A DNA stretch of 64,000 nucleotides from Takakia lepidozioides (lineage: Eukaryota > Plantae > Bryophyta), in NCBI GenBank assembly GCA_030704615.1, contig CM060733.1, positions 47,988,001 through 48,052,000 on the forward strand, read 5' to 3'. The notes beneath the pieces are model-generated. The model worked only from the letters and a program-made list of their open reading frames with translations, did not search any database and was not told the DNA's origin. A program made the translations under genes and the position numbers. Of this stretch, positions 9,911 to 21,353 are shown in pieces (position 1 is the stretch's first letter; each line of letters opens with the position of its first letter).

Positions 9911-12900
9911 CTATGCTGCAACCTCTTGAGCAGTACTTCCTTCCTGCTCAGTCAATGACAAGGCCTCATCCTGCCCCATCATCTCATCATTGAGAACCTC
10001 CTCATCCCGAGAAGAATCCCCAACCTTATCCATCACAGCTGCCTTGGCTGCCAACTCCCTCTGAACCTCGAGTACCTCCCACGTGTGCCATGGATGTCTA
10101 CACCCCGTGGTCATCACCGGCTCGCCCCCACTCGCTGCCTGTACCGTCTCGGTAGGCAGAGAGACTGTCAAGGGAAGTGCACTCCGCACTCTACGTTGCT
10201 CAGCCATAGCCAAGCTGATAATCCAGGTCAAGCAATTGAGATCCATTGCTTGCCCCAACACCTGACGACGTGATGCCTCAGAAAGAGAAGGCACCGTCGT
10301 GGTCCCAGTGGAAAATCCCATAGCCCGTTCTCGCTCGTCGGCATTAGGCTCCACTAACTGTTGCAACTGAGCATCCCACAGGAGGCCAGGTCCACCATCC
10401 CGAAAAGCATAGGATCCTGGGAAGCTGAGCAGTGTAGGTAATGCTGCTCGTGGTTGACCCACCCTATTGACCACTGCCAAAGGCGAACGGTCATCGTGTC
10501 TCACACGTTGAGACTGCCTCCGTGTGTCCAAAATGCTGTCCACTATGAGGTGTGTTGGCCGCTGCACCCCATCAAATGCACGCTTGAGCAGTGCGGGTGG
10601 CATCAAGTTAGTCCACCATAGCCGTGGACGATGAGCCCGTGATCCCACTGCAGCTGCATCCAACAGCACTGCTGACCCAAGCCACGACCGGACTTGATGC
10701 ACACTGGCCATCACCCTGGCCCGAGAATCGCCCATCAGTGGCACATTCTCCAAGATGTATGCTGGCGATACAGCTTGATGAAGCTGCAAGTGGCGCAAAA
10801 TCCGCACCATCTCCCAAAACAGACCCGTCCTCGAGTCTCGCAATCCATTGCCATGCCCCGCTGATGAATGCCCTTGGCAGGGCCAACCTGCCACTACCAG
10901 ATCAATGGAGCCCACCTGCTCCAAATCCGGCGCCCCCAGCAACGAAATGTCTGCTGGCAAGGCTTGTTGGTATCCACGAACTGCAGACACTGGCAACAAA
11001 GCAGGGTACTGCTGTACCAACTGAGCAACATGACGCAGTGAGACGCGTCGTGCAGTTTCATCCCTCTCCACATACAGGTAACGCCTTACCCGCACACCTG
11101 CCTGTAGCACAGCAGCCAATCCGGTGCTGATCCCGCCAAACAAGTCCAGAAGGCAAATGCCTTCATCCGGATACTGCCACACAATAGGTTTGGTATCCAA
11201 TGGTGACAATTGAGGTGGTCCTGGTGCAATACCCGCACTCCCCTCCTCTCCTGACGGTACAAAAGCCTCTACCCAGGCTTGTTGCACCCGTCGATCAGCA
11301 ACCTGCTGCAAATCCTTGCTCGTACCCCACAATGGAGTGTGAGCAACCATGGCAGGCAACTCCGCCATACCATGCATGTCATCCTGCTCTGCTGGAGGTG
11401 GCACATCTTCTACATGGGCATTGCCTTCCAGCAACTCTCCAGGCCAACTAACTGCAGCTGTAAAGGCGGCTAGTGTTGGCATCTTGCCCCGCTGGGCAGC
11501 CGCTATATCCCCAATGAATGTCACAAGGAGCTGTGCACGGCGACCATCGCCTGACTGCCATCCAGGCCTGTAGGATGCTGACTCCTCCCAAAAGTCCAGG
11601 GTGAAGCCCATGGGGTATAACACTGCCCCACCAACAAGGACATCGTAAGAGACCGCGTCTGTCACAATGGCCTTGGCTCGCATTACTGAGCCATCGATAT
11701 GATGATCCGGCTGCAGTCTAATGGCCAATGTCTGCTCTGATCCTCCCAGAGATGTCTGTATCTGGAAAGGACAAGGCTCCATATCCGCCTCCATGAGGCC
11801 CAAACCTGCAATAGCAGCTCTGCCCAACATAAGTGGCTGAGCTCCCGAGTCCAACAAGACCCGCAGTGGCCGGTACTTCTTGCCTGCCGGTCCACTCAAA
11901 GTGAAAATGTCTCCTTGGTTGTCTAACATGACAACTCCAGGTGTCACCATGGCGCGCTCAAAGGCTGGCCTAGCTGGCAGCTCCGTCAACCTGGCAACTG
12001 CAGCTTGCCAGGGCGCAGCCGTGGCAGTCTTGACCCTCAAATCCGAGGATCCCTCTGCCACTACACCTTCCACTAACTCCGCAGAAGATGAAGTGACCTC
12101 CCCACTCTCACAGAGTGTTGCTGCTAGTCTGAACACTGCAGCTGGCCTTACCCCCGGCGTCACAATCATGGTTGCCGAGAACAGTGGGGCTTGACACACA
12201 GAGGTGGCTGGCCCCAATAACACACCGGTAGCAGGTGTCAGGGCTGCACGTGTAGCTCTCCCCAATGGCATAGTAACCTCCGCCTCGGTAACAGTCGGGC
12301 GAGAACTAGGTGCCATGGTTGGCGTCGACACAGTCTCTGCCAATGTGAATGACTGAGGAAGCCTCGCCTGACGGCTTGCCTCCCCACGCTGTGGATCCAA
12401 TTCCACCTCTGCACCTCGTGGCTCAGGAACTCGTGCTGCTCCTCGAGTCACGGCTGCAGCAGACTCCACCTGCTCTAGTGGTAGTGCTGCTCCGCACATG
12501 AATCCCATGCCTCCCATATCTCCTCCCTCAGGAGCAGGAGGTGGACCATCACGCCTGGGAGCCGGTACCGCTTGAGCTATAGCCATGGCAGCAAGCCTCT
12601 GCTCTAGCTGCTGAAGCCGATTGGCCATGCCTTGGTCAACACCCTGACCTTCGCATCCTTGGCCATGTTGAGCTTGCCCTTGGCCTGCACCTCGTGCCCG
12701 ACCACCTCGTCCTCTTTGGGCTGGTCTACCTCGCCCCCGGCCACCATTGTTCCCTTGGAACTGGCCTGGGCGCAACTCAGGATGCAAATCATAACACTGG
12801 GCATCTCCATGCCCATACTTGCCACAATGCCCACACTGCAACTGTGCAGGCTGTGCTTGTGCCGGCATTTTGCCATTCTCTGGCAATCTCTCTTGACATG

Positions 12901-12972
12901 GGGTCCTCCACATGTCCAACATATCACCCCTGGTTGTTGTTGGCCTGCAAAAGACGCCACGGGCCTCTGCAC
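9911..12972 (-). CDS. Gag zinc knuckles, aspartic protease and C5 cytosine DNA methyltransferase region of the polyprotein (frameshift near 12880)
   Basis: Zinc knuckles CWTCGGPHVKRDC (ORF 12604-12972) and CGHCGKYGHGDAQC. Protease LLDSGA (~11845) and YDVLVG. MTase motifs at ~10210-11160: DLFGGI, YVERD, GWPCQGHS, ILENV, AHRPRLWW, ERERAMGF, LGQAM. Confidence 0.93.
10210..11160 (-). other. DNMT3-like C5 cytosine methyltransferase catalytic domain within the retrotransposon polyprotein
   Basis: Canonical motifs I-X in unpermuted order, with the catalytic Pro-Cys (GWPCQ, ~10875) and ENV intact. Confidence 0.93.
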
Positions 12973-13326
12973 CTGAGGTCCCCTGTAAGCTCCATGGAAC
13001 TTGGGCTGGGCAACCTTGCCCCCCTAACCACGCTGTTCTGGGCAGTCCCTTGTGTCTGTAGGCTGACAGCTGTGCCCCGTGCAGGCATGTCAAAAATTCT
13101 CCTTTCTTTTCACTCTATGTCTCAGATCTCCAGTCAGTGGAAAATGTGCAGCAAAGATATGTCATACCGAGTATCTTAAGACAGATTGTTACCAAAGCAT
13201 CTATTTGATACCAGTGTTTGAAGCCTATGGAACAAAATAGAAAGAGGTACGGTATCAAGTAGTCATCCTTGTTCATCCAAGGCTGTGCAGAATCTTGTAG
13301 TATATTTTGGTCATACTTCAGCTCCC

Positions 13327-14322
13327 CTATCTAGGGTAAATAGAATCTCTGTTGTTGCCAAATCCAATTGTAACAACTCGCTCCTCCACCATGTTGAGCT
13401 CAATCCGCTCAGCCAGCAGAAACACATCTGCTAATGTGGGTTGGGCTGCTTGTAACAGGGTTGCATCCCGCACCCTTCTCATGAGCTCCTTGTCCAAAAT
13501 TCCATACCAGAACTGGATTGTCTGAGCTTCAGTAACCCCTTGGGTCACACTTATCAAGCGCCTCATACGAGTGTAGGCCTCTCGCAAGCTCTCACTGGGT
13601 TTGCGCTGAAAGTCTTGCAAACTTCGCAGCTTCTCTGTCCGTACACCTTGGTAGTTCCTCCGCAACTCCTGGAAGAACTCCACCACCGGGTTGAATCTAG
13701 GCATATGTGTTGTAGTCGTGGCAGGAGGAGTAGTAGCACCTTTTGAACTGGTACCACCTGCAGAAGTACCGCCATTACTTGTTCCACTACTAGTGCTGGT
13801 AGTGGGAGATATTGGTACTGATGCAGCTACTGGTCGCGTCGTGCCTCGAGTAATGGAGACGTAGTCAGGTGACCAATACATCCTCCACTCCTCAATCTCT
13901 GCTTCATGTCCTCGCCTGAACTCGTGGTAATCGTTCATAGGCGGACCTTCCAAATGCTGGAACAGTCCCTTCCACGCCATGAATGGGGTGAATAGCTGTG
14001 GATTGCGCATCTGCTGCAAATCACACCAGCTGTCGAACTCCTGGATAAAGTCATCCAACTCGATTGTGCCCACAGCTCCAGAGTACCTACGAGGCCCCTT
14101 GGTAGCTCCATACATCTCCTCCATGTCGTCCCACAACAATGGCGAATGAAACTGCACACCTGTTGATGAAGCCTCCGAGTCTGTGTCTGACTCTGTACTA
14201 GTTGAGGGTGGAGGTGAAGGTGGCCTGAAACGAACACCTCGTCTGGTGAACCCACTCTCATTGCTACTGCCTGTAGCCGTACTCCCCTTAGAACCCCTGG
14301 GTAACTCCGTGATGACACTCAC
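13327..14322 (-). CDS. Gag capsid-like ORF of the Gypsy element
   Basis: 331-aa ORF upstream of the zinc knuckles. FQELRRNYQG..EKLRSLQDFQRKPSESLREAYTRMRRL resembles the retrotransposon Gag major homology region. Confidence 0.85.
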   Translation of the reverse strand: MSVITELPRGSKGSTATGSSNESGFTRRGVRFRPPSPPPSTSTESDTDSEASSTGVQFHSPLLWDDMEEMYGATKGPRRYSGAVGTIELDDFIQEFDSWCDLQQMRNPQLFTPFMAWKGLFQHLEGPPMNDYHEFRRGHEAEIEEWRMYWSPDYVSITRGTTRPVAASVPISPTTSTSSGTSNGGTSAGGTSSKGATTPPATTTTHMPRFNPVVEFFQELRRNYQGVRTEKLRSLQDFQRKPSESLREAYTRMRRLISVTQGVTEAQTIQFWYGILDKELMRRVRDATLLQAAQPTLADVFLLAERIELNMVEERVVTIGFGNNRDSIYPR

Positions 14323-14860
14323 AATGTGTACCTCCCCTACGTGACATTATAAGGCTCTATTACTAATTTTAATAGTGACACGGGTAGGCACCTGTTGCAT
14401 TTTAAGGATCATATCCCAATGGCTCAGGGCACCTGCACCTGCATCCACCGCAAGAACTCCTATGGTTGGCTGATCATCAACCCAGCCTCACCATAGAAGA
14501 AACACTGGTGGTCTTGCTGGTCATCACTCCAGCCTCACCACCGACAGCATACTCTAGGATTGACCGGTGATCAAATCCGGCCTAATCCCTATGAAAGCAA
14601 GCGCCCACACAAAACCAACATGGCGCACAGTCAAGCATGCAGGTGTTGGGGGGGATCCAAACACAAGAAATCAAAACATCAACACCCCCACACCAAAATC
14701 CAGCTGCAATGCTGATCCTGCAGAATAGCCCAGCCCAAAACCCCGGACTGACTGGCCTCCACCAAGAGAGGCTTTGGCAACTACAAGTACAAGGTAATGA
14801 AAATAGTACAGAGATGGAGGGGAAGAATAGAAGCCCGACCAAACAAGATCTAATCCTGAT

Positions 14861-15610
14861 CTATGCTATCAACTGCCAGACTTCTCTCAAAGTGCCTCGC
14901 TCTGCATGATGGTAAGGTGTAGGAGGTATATCTATGTCCAGAAACCTGTCACTAACCTTGTCCCAAGCTACAGTAGCTCGCTCTAACCAACCCTCCTCCT
15001 CTTTCTGCCAGGTAGAGACAAAGCAATACTCCCCTATCTCCCGCTCACTGAACACTAAGGAAAACAAAGGTAGGGTCTGATAGTCTCTCAACTCGAAAGC
15101 TTTGAGATGGTTGCGGGTGTCCTCATTGCGAATGAGTGCATCTCCTTCACGCACAACGAACATGTCATTGCTAATGAACCCCCGCTCGTGGTTGCTCTGT
15201 GCAGAGCGTATCCGGCTGCAACCATGTCTGATTGCACAAACTTTTGTAGCTCCTGCTCCTCTGCTCCAGTACACCATGGCCTTGTGGCTGAACACCTTGG
15301 TCCCCGGGGCTGTCTTTGGCTGTGTTCCAAGCCTAGCTTTCACCCACTTTGATATTTCACCTACAGCTGCAGAACTGCTGGCTCCAACAGAGTTCTGACT
15401 GTCCAAGGCGATATTGAGGCCCTCAACGCCAACTACAGCAGTTTATTGTCCACTACTAATGTCTGACTCCCTGTATGCAATCAACTCGTCCAACTGTTCT
15501 CCACTCAAATCAGTCTGAGTTCCTTGGGAAATATAAATCTTGTCCCCTTTGGTGCACAGGCTAAGAGAAGAGACCTGCCCTTCAATCACGTCCTCATTTC
15601 CCCCAGCCAT
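14861..15610 (-). pseudogene. Extra ORF of unknown function upstream of gag (~249 codons, one internal TAA)
   Basis: ATG at 15610 (MAGGNEDVIEG...) is in frame with ORF 14861-15406, with a single TAA at 15443-15445. Confidence 0.55.
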
Positions 15611-17940
15611 ACAAGGAGTACATCCCCAGATTTATCTCTCATGTAGACCAGAACATGTTCTAGAAACAGGATTGTGGATCTTTCATGGCACACTCACACT
15701 CTAAAAATTCCATAGATTTTTAGTAGAGTCCCAAAAACAAAAACCAGGTCTAGATAGGTAGATTTTCCCTTTCTGCAGCTATCCCCTCAAAAACTGAGTC
15801 AAACGGAGCTCATTTGACGAAGATATGACCAACCAGGCTCTTTAAACATAACACCTTTTTCTTTTCTTTCTTTTTAAAAAAAAAAAGACAAAACAAATAC
15901 AAAGAAAACTCTTTTTTTTTTCTTTTTTTTTTAAAATACTTATCTTGGTTCCCTGTTCCCTGGTTATCTACGGGTTCCCGAGGCCGTTCCCCTCCAGGTC
16001 TATGCAAAATCAAGCTGGTGCCGACAATGCTCACGTACTGAGGCACTCAGGATTGAAGACCCAAAGTGCTTCTATCTCGTCTCACCAACAGCCGACGCTA
16101 CTGCCTGCAGCAGCTCTCACACCAGCAGGGCTTGTACCTGCAGGCCCTTGTCTCAAGCGAGCCTCCAGCACACTGAATAGCGATATCGCCAGCTCCCACT
16201 CAGGCTCTAAAAAAGGTTAGGGGGGCCCTCCCCACATATGGAAATCTCCAATTCACAGATGGGGCCCCAGCTTTGGGTGGGATACCCTGCATTAGAACAA
16301 CATGCATATGACTTGGCGCTTCCCTATATCACCGATCCAAGAGATGCGACATGATTTGAAGGCTTTTCCTCACGTTCCCCCAACTCTATTTTCCATCAGT
16401 AAGGCCTGACGGGAAGGAGGGCCAACTCTTTCCACTTACACAGACATGCCAAAGGAGCAGGCCCTGACCAGCAAAAGGTTCGCCCACATACATATCCCCC
16501 TGTGTAATGTTCTCTACTCGCCGATCACCGCGTACACCAAACACGGTAGTAAGACTTGGCCAGGACTACTCAAGGTTGAACTGTTGCATCCCGCCAGAGA
16601 TGGTATCGCCTTGCTCAAAGGAAACCGCACCTTCGTTCTAGAGATGGCCTCTGGAATTCTTCATGGTCTACAAAGCAAATCCGCATACGAAGTTCTGCTT
16701 CATTTACCAGGCAACCGACGACTCCAAGCAGAGAATGCTTAGCACTAGGGGTGCGGGTCAATCATACACTCATCAAATCACAGCTCCACATTCGTAAAAC
16801 CAGTATGACTGACATCTCTGCAACACCTCAGGAGATTGTTGCTGAGAGAGACGCCGTCACATTGGTAGCAAAAAAAAAAACCTCAACTCACTGCACTCTC
16901 AAGCAACAACAGTAAACGCACTTCAAGGCATTTCTGGCAAAGACAACATCGTTCAAATTCACTTCGGCTGAGAAGACAAAGCACATCGGCTTGGCCCTCA
17001 TCACCTGCAGGAACCCGAGTATCTACACACAATGGTGCAATCGGCCATCCATTCTAGTCATTGACAAGTACATCCAGTTCGAGTTGCATATCAACAGCCT
17101 GAACGGGGCTGTTCCCCCCTGTTGCAGAGATACTCGAGCGACCGAGAGTCGCCAACATCAACCAGGCCCTTGCCGAAACTGTACAATCAATCAGCTTCAA
17201 GACGACCTCAAACCAAAAACAAGGCCACGACTCACTAATGGCAGAAATCAACAAGCGACTAGCCGCTCAGGCCATCTCCATCAAGACAAATATCAAAGAG
17301 GATTTAGTGGCCATGGAAAATAAGGTCTCAATTAGCATGGCTGCCCGGCAGGAAGGACATCACACTGACCTCCTGTCGCTCTAGTATTCCATCACCAAAA
17401 ATCTAGGTGCTAACTTAGCACTCTTCTACGAGCATGCAAATAAGGTACTTGAAAAGCTACCCCCCCCCCCCATGCAGGCTCAATCAACCCACAGGGCAAG
17501 GCGCGGCCATTATCGCAGAGAATGCACACCCAAAGGCTCACCAGCCGCTGGCTCTACTTGAACTCCCATTCACTGCTGCCCCATTCGCTGCTCTCATTCA
17601 CCGCAGCGGGCTCTATGGGGGCCCTGACATCACACCACCACCAGCTGCCATCGGCATATCCTCCACAGGCGGCGGCGCCCCTACAGTGGAAACACACCTC
17701 ACCAATGCCAACAGGAATCTGGACATACCACCATTACTCTCTCTTCTACCTATACCCCCTGAGTCCCACCATTGCGACTGAGGATGTGAAAAACTCCAGC
17801 TAGCGCCATTCTATGCTCATTACTTGAGCTGTGTACAAGACCATGACCATCTATATTATAATAGTGTTTTTAAATAAAAAAACAAAAACATCATATCTAG
17901 CTTAGCACTAGAAAACTAGATAGAGGTCATCTCTCTCGAG

Positions 17941-18297
17941 TGATAAACAAGCTAAAAGGACACACACTCTCAACACAAGAAATATGAAATCCATCGCTAT
18001 CACTCTTTAAAAATAGAAGTCGAGCCAGGGGCACCCCAAGCTATGGGGACTCCACCCCACAACAACCTATACTCCCATCATAAGCACACTCAGATCTAAA
18101 CGCATGAAGGAGCTCGGTCGCGCAGGCTCAACTCGAAAGAGATGAGCCGCGCGACTGCCGCTCTCGTGAAGATAAGACGGGTCAGGTGTCAAACTAAACT
18201 TGACACCTGATTTAACACCTGACCTAAATCCAAGTGTTAAATACAAATAACTAGCTTTATTCTAGCTAGTTTCACACTGTGCTTATTTAACTTGACA
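17941..18297 (-). repeat. Split direct repeat A1 (357 bp, 5' terminus of the element)
   Basis: Matches 6071-6427. It is not adjoined by a B copy, and no canonical tRNA primer-binding site lies directly next to it. Confidence 0.97.
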
Positions 18298-19098
18298 AAG
18301 ATCCTAAAAATGTTACTCGATCCTTAGGGCACCCTTGGACTGGCCTGGGCTTAGTGGCGTCCATCATCCCACACCTATTCAGACGGTCCTTCATAAGCTG
18401 TTTCATAAGAACAACAGCAAAACACTACACCGATTTTGGTACCAGAAGTGCCAGTTGCAAGTTCTTGGAGATGCAAACACTAGAGCTCTCTCAGGACACA
18501 AGTTGCGGTCATTCTTGGAGCAGTGCGGAACCACAATGTCAATCACACTGTTGGATAGTGAAGCTACAGAGCCAGATCCGCGTATATGAGGCTCTGTCTG
18601 ATGTTTCCCACGAATCCGAGCATATGAGGTACATGGCTGATGTATGCACTAGTTAGCAATCACTTTACACCCCACAGGTTGATTCTAGTGGTGGTCTGGT
18701 ATCTGGGTTTCGCCAACCCGGGCATCAACCCGGGTCTCTCCTAACCTAACCTACTGTTCTCTGTTCCCGTAAGCATTTGTACTACCCTGCCAGTTCTCGA
18801 GTTCCCTGGCGGTCCCCCAAACCCTAACAGGCGGTGGTTAGGGTTCTCCTTTCCCCGGCCCCTACCAGAGCTCGACTCGTTGTTGCAGGTCTTTTCGGGT
18901 ATCATGTTAAGATGCACATATAGACATTATGGATGCAGGTTTCATGTGTTTATGAGCACCTCTTTATGATCTTCATTTGCGAGACACTATGGATGCAATT
19001 GATTCAGTGTATCCTATGAGATGAGCAGGTTTAGGAAATTCCAAAAACGCCTTGATGTGAAATGCATCGCAATTCACTTGATCACCCCCTAAAAGTGC

Positions 19099-20154
19099 GC
19101 AATTCAATTGAACTAACCCTAATTTGCAGTTCAATTGAATTGTCGGCACACGATTCAATTGAATTGTCAACTCGCAATTCAATTGAATTGCTGATTACAA
19201 TTCAATTGAATTGCTGACTACAATTCAATTGAATTGTAATCTATAATTTTTAACTTATTTCTGTATATAATATATATATGTATATATTTAAATTATACAT
19301 ATATACATACACAGGTATAAGCTAAAAATACATGTTGCCTGTCTATTCTTGTTGTCCGTCTGTCAATCCTTTGCCCGTGGTAAGGCTTGAGCCCAAGATA
19401 AGCCTAAGGGAGAGTGAGAGAGGGAGAGAGAGAGAGGGGAAGTCACGAAGCGTTTGTAAAAGCGGGATTGTCTCTCTTTGTGGATGTTGGTGCCAATATA
19501 TGTACCAAACATGATACCAATGTAAGAGTATCAACGTGTAAGAGTTTGATATATTAAACTTATATAGAACACACATCCCAACTTCAACATAATACCTTTG
19601 TAAGGGTATCCAAATTTTTGATAATTCTCAAGATGAACATACTTTCTGTTTTCTTTGTCGTGGGCCAGATACTAGTGTTAGGGGACTACATGGTGATGCA
19701 GGGGAAGCCTTTCATCAATTGTCAGGTTTGATTTTGTCTGTTTTTTTCGGAGCCAACCATATTTCTTTTGCCAGTGAATCACATGAAGCTGTTGATCTGT
19801 CTCCGTTTCTGGCTCTCCCTTTCTCGCTGAGGCTGAGGCTGGTTTCACAACTCCATAATTTCCTCAAGGGCACAAGAAAGAGGGCCAGCAAGAATAGACG
19901 GGCAACATGTATTTTTAGCTTATACTCTTATATGTGTATAAATATAATTTGAATATATACATGTACATATATATTATATATTATATACAGAAATAAGTTA
20001 AAAAAATTATAGATTACAATTCAATTGAATTGTAGTCAGCAATTCAATTGAATTGCGAGTTGACAATTCAATTGAATTGCCAATTCGCAATTCAATTGAA
20101 TCGTGTGCCGACAATTCAATTGAATTGCAAATTAGGGTTAGTCAATTGAATTGC
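19099..20154. repeat. Long inverted repeat (~260-bp arms) built from palindromic CAATTCAATTGAATTG units; foldback/MITE-like
   Basis: 19099-19357 is approximately the reverse complement of 19883-20154, enclosing ~525 bp of unrelated sequence. Confidence 0.85.
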
Positions 20155-21353
20155 CCTTGCAATTCAATTGAATTGGTTTTCTTGAATATTCAAATGGCTA
20201 TTTGAATAGTTCAGATGGCCATTTCAATATTGAATTTGAATTTGAATTCCAGTACCATTTTTATTTTATTATTTTTTAATACCATATCCGAGTTCATATT
20301 TCTAGGTTATTGACATTTAGATACCAGGGCTTTACCGCTCAAAGCCGGATGTAGACCGCTCCGCAAATTGCGGTGAGGTGAGTTGGGACTTAGGCATTTT
20401 TTGCGAGTCCCCCCTCACTGTCAATGAACGGTTTTCCTCATATGTTCTCATTGCACCTCCTAATCTAAAAGTCTTAAGCGTACTGAAGCGAGGATAAGGT
20501 CTCAATACCCTCTGAAGACTGCCAACACGTCCGTCTGGATCGGCCATAATCCCTCTTTTGAACTAATGAATTAACAAGATTCTTCTTCGTCCCTGACCTC
20601 TCTCCCTTCTCTTCCCTCTACTAGGCATTCCTTCTTCTCATCTTTCATCTGGCTACTCCATCTCTACTGCTCATTAATGAGCCACATTCTTTTGGCTACG
20701 GCGCGGCTCCCCAAGACAGTTCTCTGGTAGTGTTTGCACTATGCATGTACTGCCATTTCCTAAAGGCTGCGGGGCTTTTTATGATTCTGATCTGCACTTC
20801 CAGCTAATGCCTGCAAGCATCGTCCCTCGCACTTCATGAAAGTCTGCGGAGTTGAAGCGAAACTGACCTTCACAGCTCACCCTGGCCGCTTTCCATAACG
20901 CGCTGGCCTACATTGCAGCGATGGAGTATCGGGAAGTGATCTCTCCAACCTCCTCTTTATGACTCCATTGCAGCTCGGTTCTTGTTTGCTTCCCCCCTTG
21001 TTCTGCAATTACTTGGCCACGCTGCATTTCCGGCCAACAGCGGTAGCATTAACGAACAAGTCCCGTGTAGTCACTCACAAGTTGCTGAATGCAGTCCTGG
21101 TCCTTCTCACTTTGCTAGTGTTTCGGCTGCTCATCTCTTGCTTCAATTCAATCCTTCCTAGATATCCTCACTGTGGCCTAGAGGATCTGTAGTTGTGGCT
21201 GGAGGATTTCTGGGCAAGTGTGTATACAGGCCTTTGCTGACTATCTTTTGCAGGAACCATGAATGCCAGAGGAGCATCAAGTCACCGAGGCAGCAAAGGC
21301 GGTTCTGCTCGTCGATCAGGCTCAGCTGTGGCAGTCGGCAGTGGGAGGTCAAA

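Larger units (their letters stand above)
5985..18297 (-). mobile_element. Ty3/Gypsy retrotransposon carrying a C5 DNA methyltransferase and a PHD finger, with split direct repeats
   Basis: Termini TGTC...GACA. TSD AAGA at 5981-5984 and 18298-18301. Domain order Gag-ZnK-PR-DNMT-RT-RH-IN-PHD (RT before IN is the Gypsy order). Terminal repeats are 357 bp and 86 bp. Confidence 0.95.

Noticed and set aside
10210-11160. Bacterial restriction-modification methylase or contamination, or a host DRM/DNMT3 gene
   Set aside because: It is in frame between a retroviral-type protease and RT, inside a repeat- and TSD-bounded element contiguous with intron-containing plant genes. No UBA or PWWP domains and no partner endonuclease.
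17795-17807. TGGCGCTAG as a tRNA primer-binding site
   Set aside because: It lies ~130 bp from the end of repeat A1 rather than adjacent to it, and tRNA complementarity cannot be verified here.
6071-18297. Conventional element bounded only by the two 357-bp TG..CA repeats
   Set aside because: The flanks at those ends (CACAA versus AAGAT) give no TSD. The TSD appears only when the 86-bp B repeat is included (start 5985).
5985-18297. DIRS/Ngaro tyrosine-recombinase element
   Set aside because: No tyrosine recombinase ORF recognised. It encodes a protease and an HHCC-DDE integrase and has a TSD.
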